Notes: generated by a model from the letters alone, not told the origin. Positions 48,074 to 58,428 are shown, numbered from the stretch's first letter. The stretch: DNA of 64,000 nucleotides from Candidatus Bathyarchaeia archaeon (GCA_049515895.1 JBEKTQ010000013.1:22604-86603), one strand, 5' to 3'. Program-made: numbers and translations.

Positions 48074-48451
48074 ATGTTGAGAGTCCAAAACATGGTGGCA
48101 TTAACAATAACAGTAAACGGCGAAAAATCAGAAGCAAGAATAATTAAAAAAATGCATGAAAGAGTAATAAAAACCTTCATGGACACAATAATAATGAGTG
48201 AACTCCAAAACGGTCCAATAAGCGGATACGACGTTATTTCATTTATTCACAACAAATTCGGCTTCTTAGTGAGCTCAGGCACAGTATACTCTCTCCTCTA
48301 TTCCCTTGAAAGAAATGATCTAGTCGAAGGAGTATGGATCGAACGGAAAAGAGTCTACAAACTTACAGAGAGAGGCGCAAAAACCATCCAAACAATCCTC
48401 AATTCGCATGACAAAATCAAAAGCTTTATGACTACTGTTCTAAAAGCTTAA
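48074..48451 (+). CDS. PadR family transcriptional regulator
   Basis: GYDVI...SSGTVYSLLYSLER...RVYKLTERG. Confidence 0.9.
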   Translation: MLRVQNMVALTITVNGEKSEARIIKKMHERVIKTFMDTIIMSELQNGPISGYDVISFIHNKFGFLVSSGTVYSLLYSLERNDLVEGVWIERKRVYKLTERGAKTIQTILNSHDKIKSFMTTVLKA

Positions 48452-48545
48452 ACAATCGTTAACCTATTTATTTCTTTTAGTGAAGTTTTAACAGAAACGC
48501 TAAAAAACCCCTTCACATTTTCCTATAGCCGCAACAACTTCGAGC

Positions 48546-48620
48546 GGGTCCGTAGCTCAGTCAGGCTAGAGCACCGGACTTTTAATCCGGGGGTCGCGGG
48601 TTCAATTCCCGTCGGACCCG
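48546..48620 (+). tRNA. tRNA-Lys(TTT)
   Basis: Acceptor stem GGGTCCG/CGGACCC, anticodon arm CCGGA-CTTTTAA-TCCGG, T loop TTCAATT. Confidence 0.95.
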
Positions 48621-48658
48621 CCTAGTTCCACCGTCTGGAACAGAAAAAGTTATAGCTG

Positions 48659-49117
48659 TTGGCGAAGATTATTATCTGTGGTTTTATGCAGTTTTTTACT
48701 GTAACAGACGAATCGAATACTATTCATAAAATCCTTGTAGTAACGTTAACTGGGGCGGAAATGAATGAGCTTATGGCTCAATGCAAAACGTGCATGCCTT
48801 CAATCTCTCTTTCATCCATGGTTCAAAATGGGCACCCATATGTTATTGTTGATTTTGGAGCTGGCGGCTCGTACAAAACGGCTTTAGCGTTAGATGAAGA
48901 ATCGGAGGACGGCGACAAAGTCGGTGACGAACTGGAAATCGGAGATCTTTTAACCGTGATCTTAACTTCAAAAGCCAAAGCGGTAAGAGTTTCGAAGGGT
49001 AGAGTTTACATGAATGTGCCTTTAGATGAAGTCTTGGCTTTTAGTTTCCTATTTACGGCGGACATGGCGGAAAACTACGCGGTATTTAAAATGTACAAGC
49101 AGCCAAAAGCCGAGTAA
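48659..49117 (+). CDS. Hypothetical protein downstream of tRNA-Lys
   Basis: 152-aa ORF with uncertain start; no family recognised. Confidence 0.55.
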   Translation: MAKIIICGFMQFFTVTDESNTIHKILVVTLTGAEMNELMAQCKTCMPSISLSSMVQNGHPYVIVDFGAGGSYKTALALDEESEDGDKVGDELEIGDLLTVILTSKAKAVRVSKGRVYMNVPLDEVLAFSFLFTADMAENYAVFKMYKQPKAE

Positions 49118-49433
49118 GAAGGACGAAATTGCTTACCCTTTTGAATGATCCGTTTTTGACCTGAAAAATACATCAATCAAATTTAAGGTTGCCGCTTGAA
49201 CCGTAGAACGAGAAGAAGAAGTGTGCTACCACCAAGTGTCTTCTTCTTCTTTCTATAACCAATAAAACCCCGACTTTTCACATTTTAAATAAGATCAAAT
49301 ATGATCAGATACTGTTCATAGATTCAACGTTTGCTCTTTGCAACAGAAAACAAGCCTTATCTAACACAGATACTGCTGAAAATAAACAGTTAAACATGAC
49401 ATCGTTGCATCTTTGACCCAGTTTTCTTAGCCA

Positions 49434-50084
49434 TTAGCTCAAATATTTTAAGAACCAATCCTTTGATGCCCTTGCGACCTCTGCAAGTTTGCCTGGTTCT
49501 TCAAAGAGATGCGTTGCGCCTGGGATAATAACAAGTTTCTTTTCAGCTGTCATCTGCGCCATCGCCTGCCTGTTCAGCTCAATCACTTCAGTGTCCAAGC
49601 CGCCGACCAACAAAAGAGTCGGAGCCGCTACTTGCCGAAGATATTCCAATGCCAAGTCAGGTCGTCCTCCCCGTGAGACTACAGCCGAGATGTCGTTTGG
49701 AAGTTTAGCCGCACCTATTAGAGCGGCTGCGGCGCCGGTGCTTGCTCCGAAATAGCCGAAGGCGTAATCTTTTGTCTGCTTGTCTTTTCTGAGGTGCTCA
49801 GTTGCTCCTATTAGTCGTTCGGCTAGCAAGTCTATGTCAAAGCGGTATTCGCCAGTGAAAGTGTCTTTTTCTTCCTCTTCACTGGTTAGCAGGTCAAAGA
49901 GTAATGTCCCGATTTTTGATTTGTTAAACTCATTTGCGACGTATTGGTTTCTGGTGCTGAACCTGCTACTTCCACTTCCATGCGCAAATAACACAATGCC
50001 CTTGGCGCCCAAAGGTATATTCAAGTTGCCTTCCACAACGACGTTACCTACGGGAATTTTCACCGATGTTTCTCGATGAGTCAT
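49434..50084 (-). CDS. Dienelactone-hydrolase-like alpha/beta hydrolase
   Basis: FAHGSGSSRFS, GYFGASTG, SRGGRPDLA and GATHLFEE motifs. Confidence 0.9.
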   Translation of the reverse strand: MTHRETSVKIPVGNVVVEGNLNIPLGAKGIVLFAHGSGSSRFSTRNQYVANEFNKSKIGTLLFDLLTSEEEEKDTFTGEYRFDIDLLAERLIGATEHLRKDKQTKDYAFGYFGASTGAAAALIGAAKLPNDISAVVSRGGRPDLALEYLRQVAAPTLLLVGGLDTEVIELNRQAMAQMTAEKKLVIIPGATHLFEEPGKLAEVARASKDWFLKYLS

Positions 50085-50755
50085 GCGGTCACCATCCCTG
50101 CTTGGTTCCTCCTGTTTCTCTGCCTATTTTGCTTAAGTAATTCGATTACTTCCTCATCGCTTGTTTGATTAAAATCCCTGTAAAATTGTCCAATGGCTCC
50201 AAAGTACTCGGGCGTATAAAGGCATACAACGCGGTCTGCTTGCTTTTCCAGTTCTTGGATGGTGGAAGGCGGACCGACGGGAACAACAACGGTCACCGTT
50301 TTTGCACCCCTGTTCTTGACAGATGCCAGCGCTGCCTTCATGGTGGACCCCGTGGCGATGCCGTCATCCACGATAATGACATCTTTGCCTTTCAGTTCTG
50401 GGTACGGCTCGTTTTGCCGGTACATTTTGAGTCTGCGTTCAATCTCTTTTTTCTGCCGCTCACTTTCTTCTTTGACGTAAGCCGCAGGGACTCCGAGGTA
50501 AGCGACGAGTCTTTTGTCAAGTATTATTGTTCCGTCCTCGGTCATAGCTCCTATCGCTAACTCAGGATTATCGGGGGCGCCGATCTTACGGGGAATAATG
50601 ACGTCCAACGGCAGATCAAGCGCTTTAGAAATTTCATAGCCGACAACTACTCCGCCTCGCGGAATAGAGAGCACAATCGCGTTTTTGCCTGCAAAATCGG
50701 CCAACGCCGAGGCAAGATGTTTTCCGGCGTCAACGCGGTCAGAAAAATAAGCCAT
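50081..50755 (-). CDS. Phosphoribosyltransferase family protein
   Basis: IPRGGV and IIVDDGIATGST PRPP-binding motif. Confidence 0.92.
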   Translation of the reverse strand: MAYFSDRVDAGKHLASALADFAGKNAIVLSIPRGGVVVGYEISKALDLPLDVIIPRKIGAPDNPELAIGAMTEDGTIILDKRLVAYLGVPAAYVKEESERQKKEIERRLKMYRQNEPYPELKGKDVIIVDDGIATGSTMKAALASVKNRGAKTVTVVVPVGPPSTIQELEKQADRVVCLYTPEYFGAIGQFYRDFNQTSDEEVIELLKQNRQRNRRNQAGMVTA

Positions 50756-50863
50756 TTTGATTCCTCAGAATTCTGCTAACTGAGTATTAGGCAGATTGTA
50801 ATATAAAAACTGTTAACATCTCGCGAAAAATGGGGTTTTGTTTTGTTTTTGAATGCTGGTAAA

Positions 50864-53281
50864 TTAATCTTTCTTTGTTAACTGCAGGCTATCTTTATCA
50901 AAAGAGTATTCACTGAACCGCTGGGAATAGTAAAGTCTGAGGTATTCTCCTGCAAACCTGGGCTGGAACGGAAGGTCTTTTGGCGTAAGGCGCTTCTTCG
51001 TTTTCAGTTGTTCTTCAATGGCAGCTTCCGCTGTTGGGTAGTTTAGTAGAAATTCTCTACGTTCAGAGTAGACTGCCAATGTCTGTACTGTTTCGTCCAC
51101 GTATGCTAAGCTTCTTGGCAGGTTCTCCATTATTTGGTTAATCTTGTAGTTTGATGGGTTGGCGAGGGTGTCGGTTGCTTTCTTTAAACGTTCACGCAGG
51201 TTGCTGTTTGTTTCCCAAAGGTACTCTTTGGTCGGCAGCAGGCGGTCAATTGTGTCTTCTTCAATGACTAATTCAGTGTAAAGCATGGAGAGGACGTCTT
51301 TGGCGATGGTGAGGAAGGTTTGTATGTCATCTTTTAGAGAGACTACATCGACGATGCTTAGCTTTTGCTTCTCAGCTTTTTTGCCTACTAGGAGCTTCAT
51401 GCCTTCTGCTTGTTTAGCGTAATCGAGCACTTTGGGCAGGCTATCGCCGAAAACAGGCGGCAAGATGTCGCTTTCACTGCTCAGGTTGGCTATCGGCGTG
51501 AGGGAGTCTTTGAGGTATTTCATGGAGGCTAATATGTCGGCGCCGTATTGCCTGCTCCAATTGTTCAAAGAACTGTAAAGTGCCTCTATGGCTATCCATG
51601 GCGCCTCTTTCTGCTCGATTTTTTGGTTAGTGAACTCTATTGCCCTGCTTGTTTCGGGTAGACTTGGATCGTATAAGGACCTGACAACGAAGTATATTGG
51701 TTCAGCCGTTTGCATGACTTCTTTGGCGAGGGTTCTTCCCGCTTCCAGAGTTTGTTTAATAGCTTCTACCCTTTCGTCAAGCGCCATCGCTTTCAGGTAA
51801 TCAGTGTCTAAGGTTGGTTTTACGTCCAAGCCGATTTCTCTGAGTTTGCCTATCCAGTTAGAGTATTCGCAGTTAACAAAAATCTGGTATTCCGCCAAAA
51901 TGGCGTTTAGTTCCGAGTCAACTGCATCTATTTCTGCGCCAACGGTGTCAAGTTCGGCGAATTTTTTGTCCATCTCGACAGGATCATAAAGCTGGCTTTC
52001 AGATTTTCTCAAGGTGTCTTCGAGAGAATCTTTGATGATAAAGATTTTTCCCTCTGGAACACTTACAACAACCGGAATATTGGCTTTGACGTTACTTATT
52101 TGGTCAGATAACGCCTTCGACTTCAGGATGAGCCCGTTGAGTTTGTCTGTAATCATCTGTGGCGTCGTTGTTTGTTTAGGAGTAGTGTTTACGAAGGCTA
52201 TTGGAAGCGTAAAGAGAAGAGTTGCCAATGTTCCAAGTACCAGCGTCCCGGGGCTAGTGTCGGCGGAAAAAGCCAAAGGCGTTGAAAGGGCTCCCATGAG
52301 AATGAAGAATAAGGCGGCTGCAATGGTGGCTGTGAAAATCGGTAAAAGTTTGTCGCCGAACCCGCCTGAACCTTGCCTGATAAGCAGTCTTGTGAAGAAA
52401 ATGCCTCCCATGACAAGACCTACCACGATGATGACGAACATTATCAAGCCAGGGGCTGAATCAAGATATTGTGTCATAGCATTTCCAAGATTGTGCCCGT
52501 TTGTGTTTGCGTTTGGAATCCAAGTTAGCTGACCAGTGATTTGGTAGACAACTTGAGATACGTCAAACAATCGAAACTGAGCTATAGACGAACCAAGGCT
52601 CGAAAAAATCTGATGCAAGGAAATAAAAAGTGGAGGGCTAGTGCCAGGCACGTTCCACCAGTCAGACTGAAGAATGGGCGCAACTGTATATTGATAGTAC
52701 TGGACGACTTGAAGTGGGACAGAAATTAAAGCGTAGAAGATGACCGACAAAACGACGTTCCTTTTGAAGTATACGGCCGAAGCGAAAAGCAACGGAATTG
52801 CCAAAAAATACGTGGACGAAGAAGAAAGAGCCGCAACCGCAATTATCCCAATATCAATAGCAAGGACGCTCTTGTAATTATTAAAAACCAAGGGTAAAGC
52901 AATAAATAAAGCCATAAACGTAACAACAAACCCTACTCGAATCTGTTCAGATCCAAGGTACGAAATAAAGTAAAACGGAGGCTGAGACAAATTGAACAGC
53001 AAACCTAGCCCAATGACGGCGCCGCCGATGGCCATCCCAATTGTTGGATATTGGTAAACTAAGAAAGCTACCAAAACTGCAAGAAAAATCGGTAGGGGCG
53101 GTGGGAAAAGCGGCAAAATAGACATTCCAATTGACATGGCCACAAGTGTCACTATGAAAGTAAGCATTTTCAGCGTTTGAGACTCATGCTTTTTTCGCTC
53201 TATCTCTTTTTCTTTCCTTTTCTGCTTTTGATCTGCATACCAGGATTTCAATCCAGAGGTTTTTATCGACGGTCTCTTCAA
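50864..53281 (-). CDS. Large polytopic membrane protein with a roughly 430-aa helical C-terminal domain
   Basis: About nine or ten hydrophobic segments in the first ~365 aa, then a heptad-rich soluble region; no family recognised. Confidence 0.8.
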   Translation of the reverse strand: MKRPSIKTSGLKSWYADQKQKRKEKEIERKKHESQTLKMLTFIVTLVAMSIGMSILPLFPPPLPIFLAVLVAFLVYQYPTIGMAIGGAVIGLGLLFNLSQPPFYFISYLGSEQIRVGFVVTFMALFIALPLVFNNYKSVLAIDIGIIAVAALSSSSTYFLAIPLLFASAVYFKRNVVLSVIFYALISVPLQVVQYYQYTVAPILQSDWWNVPGTSPPLFISLHQIFSSLGSSIAQFRLFDVSQVVYQITGQLTWIPNANTNGHNLGNAMTQYLDSAPGLIMFVIIVVGLVMGGIFFTRLLIRQGSGGFGDKLLPIFTATIAAALFFILMGALSTPLAFSADTSPGTLVLGTLATLLFTLPIAFVNTTPKQTTTPQMITDKLNGLILKSKALSDQISNVKANIPVVVSVPEGKIFIIKDSLEDTLRKSESQLYDPVEMDKKFAELDTVGAEIDAVDSELNAILAEYQIFVNCEYSNWIGKLREIGLDVKPTLDTDYLKAMALDERVEAIKQTLEAGRTLAKEVMQTAEPIYFVVRSLYDPSLPETSRAIEFTNQKIEQKEAPWIAIEALYSSLNNWSRQYGADILASMKYLKDSLTPIANLSSESDILPPVFGDSLPKVLDYAKQAEGMKLLVGKKAEKQKLSIVDVVSLKDDIQTFLTIAKDVLSMLYTELVIEEDTIDRLLPTKEYLWETNSNLRERLKKATDTLANPSNYKINQIMENLPRSLAYVDETVQTLAVYSERREFLLNYPTAEAAIEEQLKTKKRLTPKDLPFQPRFAGEYLRLYYSQRFSEYSFDKDSLQLTKKD

Positions 53282-53342
53282 GCTGTCAACCTAAAACCTT
53301 ATTTTAGGTGAAGTCTTCTTAAAGGTTATGTAGGTACCTCGG

Positions 53343-54512
53343 ATGACTGAATCCAAAAAGGCATTTAACATCCTAGACAGTGTTGAGAAGCATATTGAGA
53401 CCCTAAAGCCGCTGCTTCCGAAACAAGCTACAGTCTACATCGGCGAATACCCCATTAAGGTGTTGCTGAAGCAGCCTTATGTTGACAAAACCGGCTTAAC
53501 CTTGCAGGTTCTGGTGGGGAAATCAAGCGACGAGGTATACACTTGGATTCCAGAGGGTTTTAACCCTCACTTGGTTTTAGGTTTTGAAGACGCAAACATT
53601 GAAACTCATTTTTGGTACAACGTTTTACCGTTCGTTTCACAGGACGAAACGTTAATGAATGGATTAAAAAAGAGACCAACTGAAAAAATGCACAGCGCAA
53701 TTTTGGTGGCTTCAGTCTGGGATGGCATTGGCAGCGCTTCATTACCCACTTTAATTTCAAAATTCAAAGCTTCCAACATAAACTCGCTTTCTATCGCAAT
53801 GCTGCCGTCGAAAATTCAGCCTTCAGACGCATACTTCAACGCGTTGGCTTCTTTAGGAATCTGCGCAGACAAAGATGCTGCGACCCTTCTGCTTTTGGAA
53901 AGGGACCTGCTTGAAAGTTATGAAGGCGTGGATAGGGTGGGCTCACTCATTGAAGGTAACTTGGTTGCCAATTACCTCGTAAACTTGTTCCTATCTAAAG
54001 AAACGTTAGTTGAAGAATTATCTGAACAATCGAGAACCTTCAGCACCAAAATGTACACTGTGCTTCTGGCGCCAGGTGCAAGCTTCAAAATTTATGGTTC
54101 ATTTGAAAACGTGTTAGATGCATCTTTGCTTAAGCCGCTTTTAAACTTCGATTTGTCAACTGTTACCTTACTATACGTTCTTGTCCGTATGCCTTTAAGC
54201 ATGAAAGAAAAGCTTCCTAGAGCAAAAATCGAGTTGGATGTAGCGACGTGGTTTAAGGAAAAAGCCGATCTCAAGTCGATTTACATAGCGGAACCAGTAT
54301 ATGTGGACGATACAAGTGATCGCATTGACCTGGTCCTCTTTGTCGGCGGTTTCGAGACCACGGAGATGTTCCTTGAATATGGAAAAAGATCTAAAAGTTT
54401 GAAAAGCCGTGCGGTGCAAAAAGGTTTCGTTGACAAGAAAGAATGGTTTGGTATGATGAAGAATTTGGGTATAAAGAAGGATGAGGAAACTTCTTCTGAA
54501 GTTCCTACTTAA
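53343..54512 (+). CDS. Degenerate FtsZ/tubulin-fold protein (probable pseudo-GTPase)
   Basis: Motifs are colinear with FtsZ but eroded: VYIGEYPIKV, VASVWDGIGSASLP, SIAMLP, NALASL, LLLERDLL, LLKPLLNFDL. Confidence 0.65.
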   Translation: MTESKKAFNILDSVEKHIETLKPLLPKQATVYIGEYPIKVLLKQPYVDKTGLTLQVLVGKSSDEVYTWIPEGFNPHLVLGFEDANIETHFWYNVLPFVSQDETLMNGLKKRPTEKMHSAILVASVWDGIGSASLPTLISKFKASNINSLSIAMLPSKIQPSDAYFNALASLGICADKDAATLLLLERDLLESYEGVDRVGSLIEGNLVANYLVNLFLSKETLVEELSEQSRTFSTKMYTVLLAPGASFKIYGSFENVLDASLLKPLLNFDLSTVTLLYVLVRMPLSMKEKLPRAKIELDVATWFKEKADLKSIYIAEPVYVDDTSDRIDLVLFVGGFETTEMFLEYGKRSKSLKSRAVQKGFVDKKEWFGMMKNLGIKKDEETSSEVPT

Positions 54513-54514
54513 AT

Positions 54515-57202
54515 TTATTTTTTGTTGCCGTTAGCGGTTTCTACGCCGTTTTCTTGATTCACTTTTTTGATGATTTGGAAAGCTGAGACTCCGTGTTCAA
54601 GCAGGTATGATCTGGATAGGTGTCTTTCGAAGTCGTTTGATTTGTTGTAGAGTAGCTGCATTTCATCGTATGCTTCCATGTCTTCGGGTTTTCCTCTTCC
54701 GCCGATGACCAGCACTCTTGTTGTCCATGCGTCTCGTGACTCGATTACTCTGACAGTAATGGTTCTTGATACTTCGCTTGTAACGTAGCCTGCTAGTGCC
54801 GTGTAGACTTCTTGAGATAAGTCTTCGGTCCACATGTTCGGCGGCGAAACTATGGTAACCCAAATGTAGTCTGTCTTGTAGGTTGGTTTGTACCCCATGA
54901 TTGTTGGTGTTTTGAAGGCTCTGATTATGCTTCTTATGTAGTCTTTGAAGTGCTCAAGGTCCAGGATATCTTTGTTTATTACCTCTCTGGTTAGCCCTTC
55001 TTCCTGTTCCGTGAGGATCTTGAAGATTATTCTGAGCTGTTCAGTTTCGGTGAGGTCTGCGGATTTTTCGAAGTATTTCTTTGGCTTAACGATTTCGGTG
55101 ATCATTTCGTCGTAGTCTTTGTTTATGTCAACTATCTTGTTGAGTCTCTTGCGGTACTCTGAGGTTAACTCGAACCGTTTGCCCAGTGTTTCGTAGAGGT
55201 TGATTATGCTGTCTACTTTGTTTAGGTTGTCAAGGGCATAAGCTTCCTCGGACTCTATCCTTTTAAGGTCTCGGTCAAGCTCCATTAGCTGCTCTCTTGC
55301 GTATCGTCTTCCGCCGAAGAGTTTTCTTGATTGCCGCTCCAACTTTTCCTTGTCGAATTCTTTACGTTTCTTTGTCTCTTGTACCCGCATGACTTCGTTG
55401 TCGAAGTTGCCTCGGTTCTGCATCCGTCTTCCCACTATCTCGTTGATGTAAGTTACGTGTTCATCGATCATTTTTGACTCGTCTGCCGGTGTTCTGAGCA
55501 TGAGTTGAATTATCAAGTAAAGCGTTGAAAGTTCCGCTTGGATGTCTCTTAAGTCGTTAAGTTCATTTTGGCTTTCTGGGAGAACTTGATAGTACCTTAT
55601 TAGGGCGTCAGTTAAGTATCGGGTTTCATCGTAGAACTGCAGTAAATCAAGCGATCTCTCGGCGATCTCCGCTAAATTGACTAAGTCTTCGAGAATCTTC
55701 TTTTGCCTAACAGTGAAAACTTGCGAGCTGGGAATCAGCTGGTTGAGACGTTCAACAATAAGTGCCTTTTTCTCTCGGAATTCTAAGTGGCTCTTTGACA
55801 ATGTGGTTAGCAAAGCTTCCAAGTTGTCGAGTTTTCGTGAGCCTTCCTTTTTCAGCGTCAAATTGATGATTGAGTCTTCAATTGGGCCTGTTTTTCCCAT
55901 CAGTTTTATGGTTGACAGGAGCTTCATGATTTCGCTTAGCCAGTTTTTAACCTGTATCTCTACGCCTTTGACGTGTAATGCCAAGTCGTCTTCAAGCCGC
56001 GGGTTGCTGGTGATTTCAGTTTTCAGTTTGTCTTCGAACTGTTCTTCGTTGAATGTGCCTGCTTTAATCAGGTAGTTCCTGAAGAGTTCCCTTGTTACGT
56101 CATGGTCGACGGCGATGATGTTGCCGATTTCGTCGAGGATGTCTAGTTTTTCTCTTCTCAGGTCCTGCAGGAACTGGATGCCTTCGAAATTGAGTTTGTA
56201 AGCTGAAATGTAGTCTTCGACTGGGTAGACGACTTTTACCATGCCTAAGGTGTGTGCATTATTGTAGGTCAACCCGACTTCTGTGCCGATTCCGCCCATT
56301 AAGTCTGCTAAGTCAAAGTCCATCAATACGTAAAGCATGTCTACAACCATGTCGTCCATTTCTCTTCGGGCGCTAACAATGTTGCCGACTTTTGAGTAGG
56401 CAGGCAGTAGTGGCAAGTAGATGAGGGCGTTGAGTGGGTTTCGGTAGATTTCACCGTATTCTTCGACCACGTATTCGTTGTAGTCCTTATTGAGGAACAG
56501 GGTAAGCTCATTCATTGACGTGAACGCTGAGCATCCTTTAGCTGGGGGGTCGTCTCCGCCGCACGGTGTGACGACGAAGGCTATGATTGCGACGCCTGAA
56601 CCCAAAACTTTTCGTAGATGCCGTGTAAAATCGAAGAATACTCCGCTTCCTGTGCCTCCGCCGAGGCCATAACATAGAATTACGGTTGGCGTGATTATTG
56701 ATGATAGTGCTTGTTCTTTGAAGCTGTTTATGCAGTTTTTGACGATTCCGAGTTGGTAGTAGTTTAACGCGTAGATTGCTTTGGCTAAGGCTCTTCTTCT
56801 GCCTGCGCCTCCCGCCATAGGTGGAATAGCCATTGTTGTTTCTAGCCAAGGGTGGAAGTTGAGTTTGGCTCCTTCGCCGATCAGGTATTCGCCGTATTTC
56901 TGGTTGATGAAGTCAAACATTGCCTCAGCAGTTGGGAACTTTACTGATTGGGCAACTAAGCGCAATCTTTCAGCAGGTATACCTGCTTTTACCATGGATT
57001 TTTCGATTTCCTCATAACTCTCTTGCAAGCTTCTGATTTCAGGGTCAGCGATGTCGATGGCTAAGAGAGAAAGCCTGGTGAGGTCGTTTTGCAGTAGCTC
57101 TTTGGTTTTTTTGTCTTTTAGGAAGGTTTCTACTATGTTGGTTCCAGCTGAACCGAGTCCGATCACTTGTACACTGTTCTGGTAGATTCTCGTAGCTTTC
57201 AC
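54515..57202 (-). CDS. Tubulin/FtsZ-like GTPase with long coiled-coil insertion (895 aa)
   Basis: VIGLGSAGTNIV, GGAGRRR, YGLGGGTGSG and DFDLADL motifs, followed by about 440 aa of helical heptads and a beta-rich C-terminus. Confidence 0.88.
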   Translation of the reverse strand: MKATRIYQNSVQVIGLGSAGTNIVETFLKDKKTKELLQNDLTRLSLLAIDIADPEIRSLQESYEEIEKSMVKAGIPAERLRLVAQSVKFPTAEAMFDFINQKYGEYLIGEGAKLNFHPWLETTMAIPPMAGGAGRRRALAKAIYALNYYQLGIVKNCINSFKEQALSSIITPTVILCYGLGGGTGSGVFFDFTRHLRKVLGSGVAIIAFVVTPCGGDDPPAKGCSAFTSMNELTLFLNKDYNEYVVEEYGEIYRNPLNALIYLPLLPAYSKVGNIVSARREMDDMVVDMLYVLMDFDLADLMGGIGTEVGLTYNNAHTLGMVKVVYPVEDYISAYKLNFEGIQFLQDLRREKLDILDEIGNIIAVDHDVTRELFRNYLIKAGTFNEEQFEDKLKTEITSNPRLEDDLALHVKGVEIQVKNWLSEIMKLLSTIKLMGKTGPIEDSIINLTLKKEGSRKLDNLEALLTTLSKSHLEFREKKALIVERLNQLIPSSQVFTVRQKKILEDLVNLAEIAERSLDLLQFYDETRYLTDALIRYYQVLPESQNELNDLRDIQAELSTLYLIIQLMLRTPADESKMIDEHVTYINEIVGRRMQNRGNFDNEVMRVQETKKRKEFDKEKLERQSRKLFGGRRYAREQLMELDRDLKRIESEEAYALDNLNKVDSIINLYETLGKRFELTSEYRKRLNKIVDINKDYDEMITEIVKPKKYFEKSADLTETEQLRIIFKILTEQEEGLTREVINKDILDLEHFKDYIRSIIRAFKTPTIMGYKPTYKTDYIWVTIVSPPNMWTEDLSQEVYTALAGYVTSEVSRTITVRVIESRDAWTTRVLVIGGRGKPEDMEAYDEMQLLYNKSNDFERHLSRSYLLEHGVSAFQIIKKVNQENGVETANGNKK

Positions 57203-58185
57203 ATCCCGACTAAACGTTTAAGCCTCTCTTTCACTGAATCCAGATTTGACGATGCCATTCTGTCAATCTTTGAGATTCTAAGTGTTAAGCCTTCTAAGTC
57301 TTTGATTTGGTCTTCAACGACGAGTTGGAAGTAGCTGACTCTGCCTCTCATCCTGATGAACATGAATGCGAAAACAACTGCTAAAGCTGCCATGACACCT
57401 GCTATTGGGATGAGTAGTTCTGCCGTGCCTGCGGATGGAGGTGAAGCGACGTTTAATCCGTTAAGCATTTGCGCTGCGGCAGTTGCGAATCCTTGGCCTT
57501 CTAAGACTTGAGATGCAGCAATAACGTTTGAGTAAATCTGTATGAATCCAGGGTCAACTCCTGAGCTCTTATAGCTCTTTAGGGAAGATTCTTTCTGGCT
57601 AAGAACAGTCAAGTAATTGTTGATGGCGGCGTCAGTGATGTTCAGTTTAATTTGGTCTAAGGTGGCTCCGGTGTTGTCTTGGAGTGCAATTAGGGTAAGA
57701 GGTGTTGGAATATCCAAAGTTATTCCGTTGGGTCCATTTTGCGTTACTTCGCCTGTTGGAACTAGGCCGAAGCAGGTAATCTCTAATGTCCCTGCGCTTT
57801 CGGGGAACGTTAGGGTTCGCGAATTGGGGTTAAAGTTTCCCAGGTTGTAAGTCGTTGAGTCAAGCTCCCAGTACATGTTGGATTGCAAATTGGAGTGCTG
57901 AAGACTCGTTGTCAGCGTAAGGGTGGTAGATGTGCTGCTTTGGGCTATGTCGATGGTAGCCGTTACTTTCAGTTCCTGTCCTTCAAGAATCTCGCCGTTA
58001 CCGGTTGATTGCCCAGTTTGGACATTCTTGTTTAGAATTGTTGCTCCTGTGCTTGCATCTGCAACGATATACTGTGTTATCCATTGCCCGTTAACTTGAG
58101 CTTTCACTGTTGAAACAGAGATTGAAGTGACATACACTGCTGTTAAGACTAAGATGAGACTTAAGGCTAGAATTTTCTTGTTCAA
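57199..58185 (-). CDS. Exported single-pass membrane protein with cytoplasmic helical tail
   Basis: Signal peptide, Thr/Ser-rich ectodomain, TM helix and a 48-aa amphipathic tail; stop overlaps the tubulin-like start by 4 bp. Confidence 0.82.
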   Translation of the reverse strand: MNKKILALSLILVLTAVYVTSISVSTVKAQVNGQWITQYIVADASTGATILNKNVQTGQSTGNGEILEGQELKVTATIDIAQSSTSTTLTLTTSLQHSNLQSNMYWELDSTTYNLGNFNPNSRTLTFPESAGTLEITCFGLVPTGEVTQNGPNGITLDIPTPLTLIALQDNTGATLDQIKLNITDAAINNYLTVLSQKESSLKSYKSSGVDPGFIQIYSNVIAASQVLEGQGFATAAAQMLNGLNVASPPSAGTAELLIPIAGVMAALAVVFAFMFIRMRGRVSYFQLVVEDQIKDLEGLTLRISKIDRMASSNLDSVKERLKRLVGM

Positions 58186-58428
58186 ATTTATCCCCCATGT
58201 TTTTAACCATGCTTTCTATTGAATTAGACATATAACTCTTGTGCTAGTTTCCTGTTTGCCATTCACTCAAGCGCTAATTCGGGCTACAAGCACTTTTCTG
58301 CTAAATTTTGAACGTCAAAAGCCAAAATCACGTATGCGATCTCGATTTCCGCTCAGACCTTTCTGCTCGTATGACAAAGATTAAGAGACCAGGCCGATAT
58401 CAGCAGTTGCAGTGCGAGTGAATTAAAG

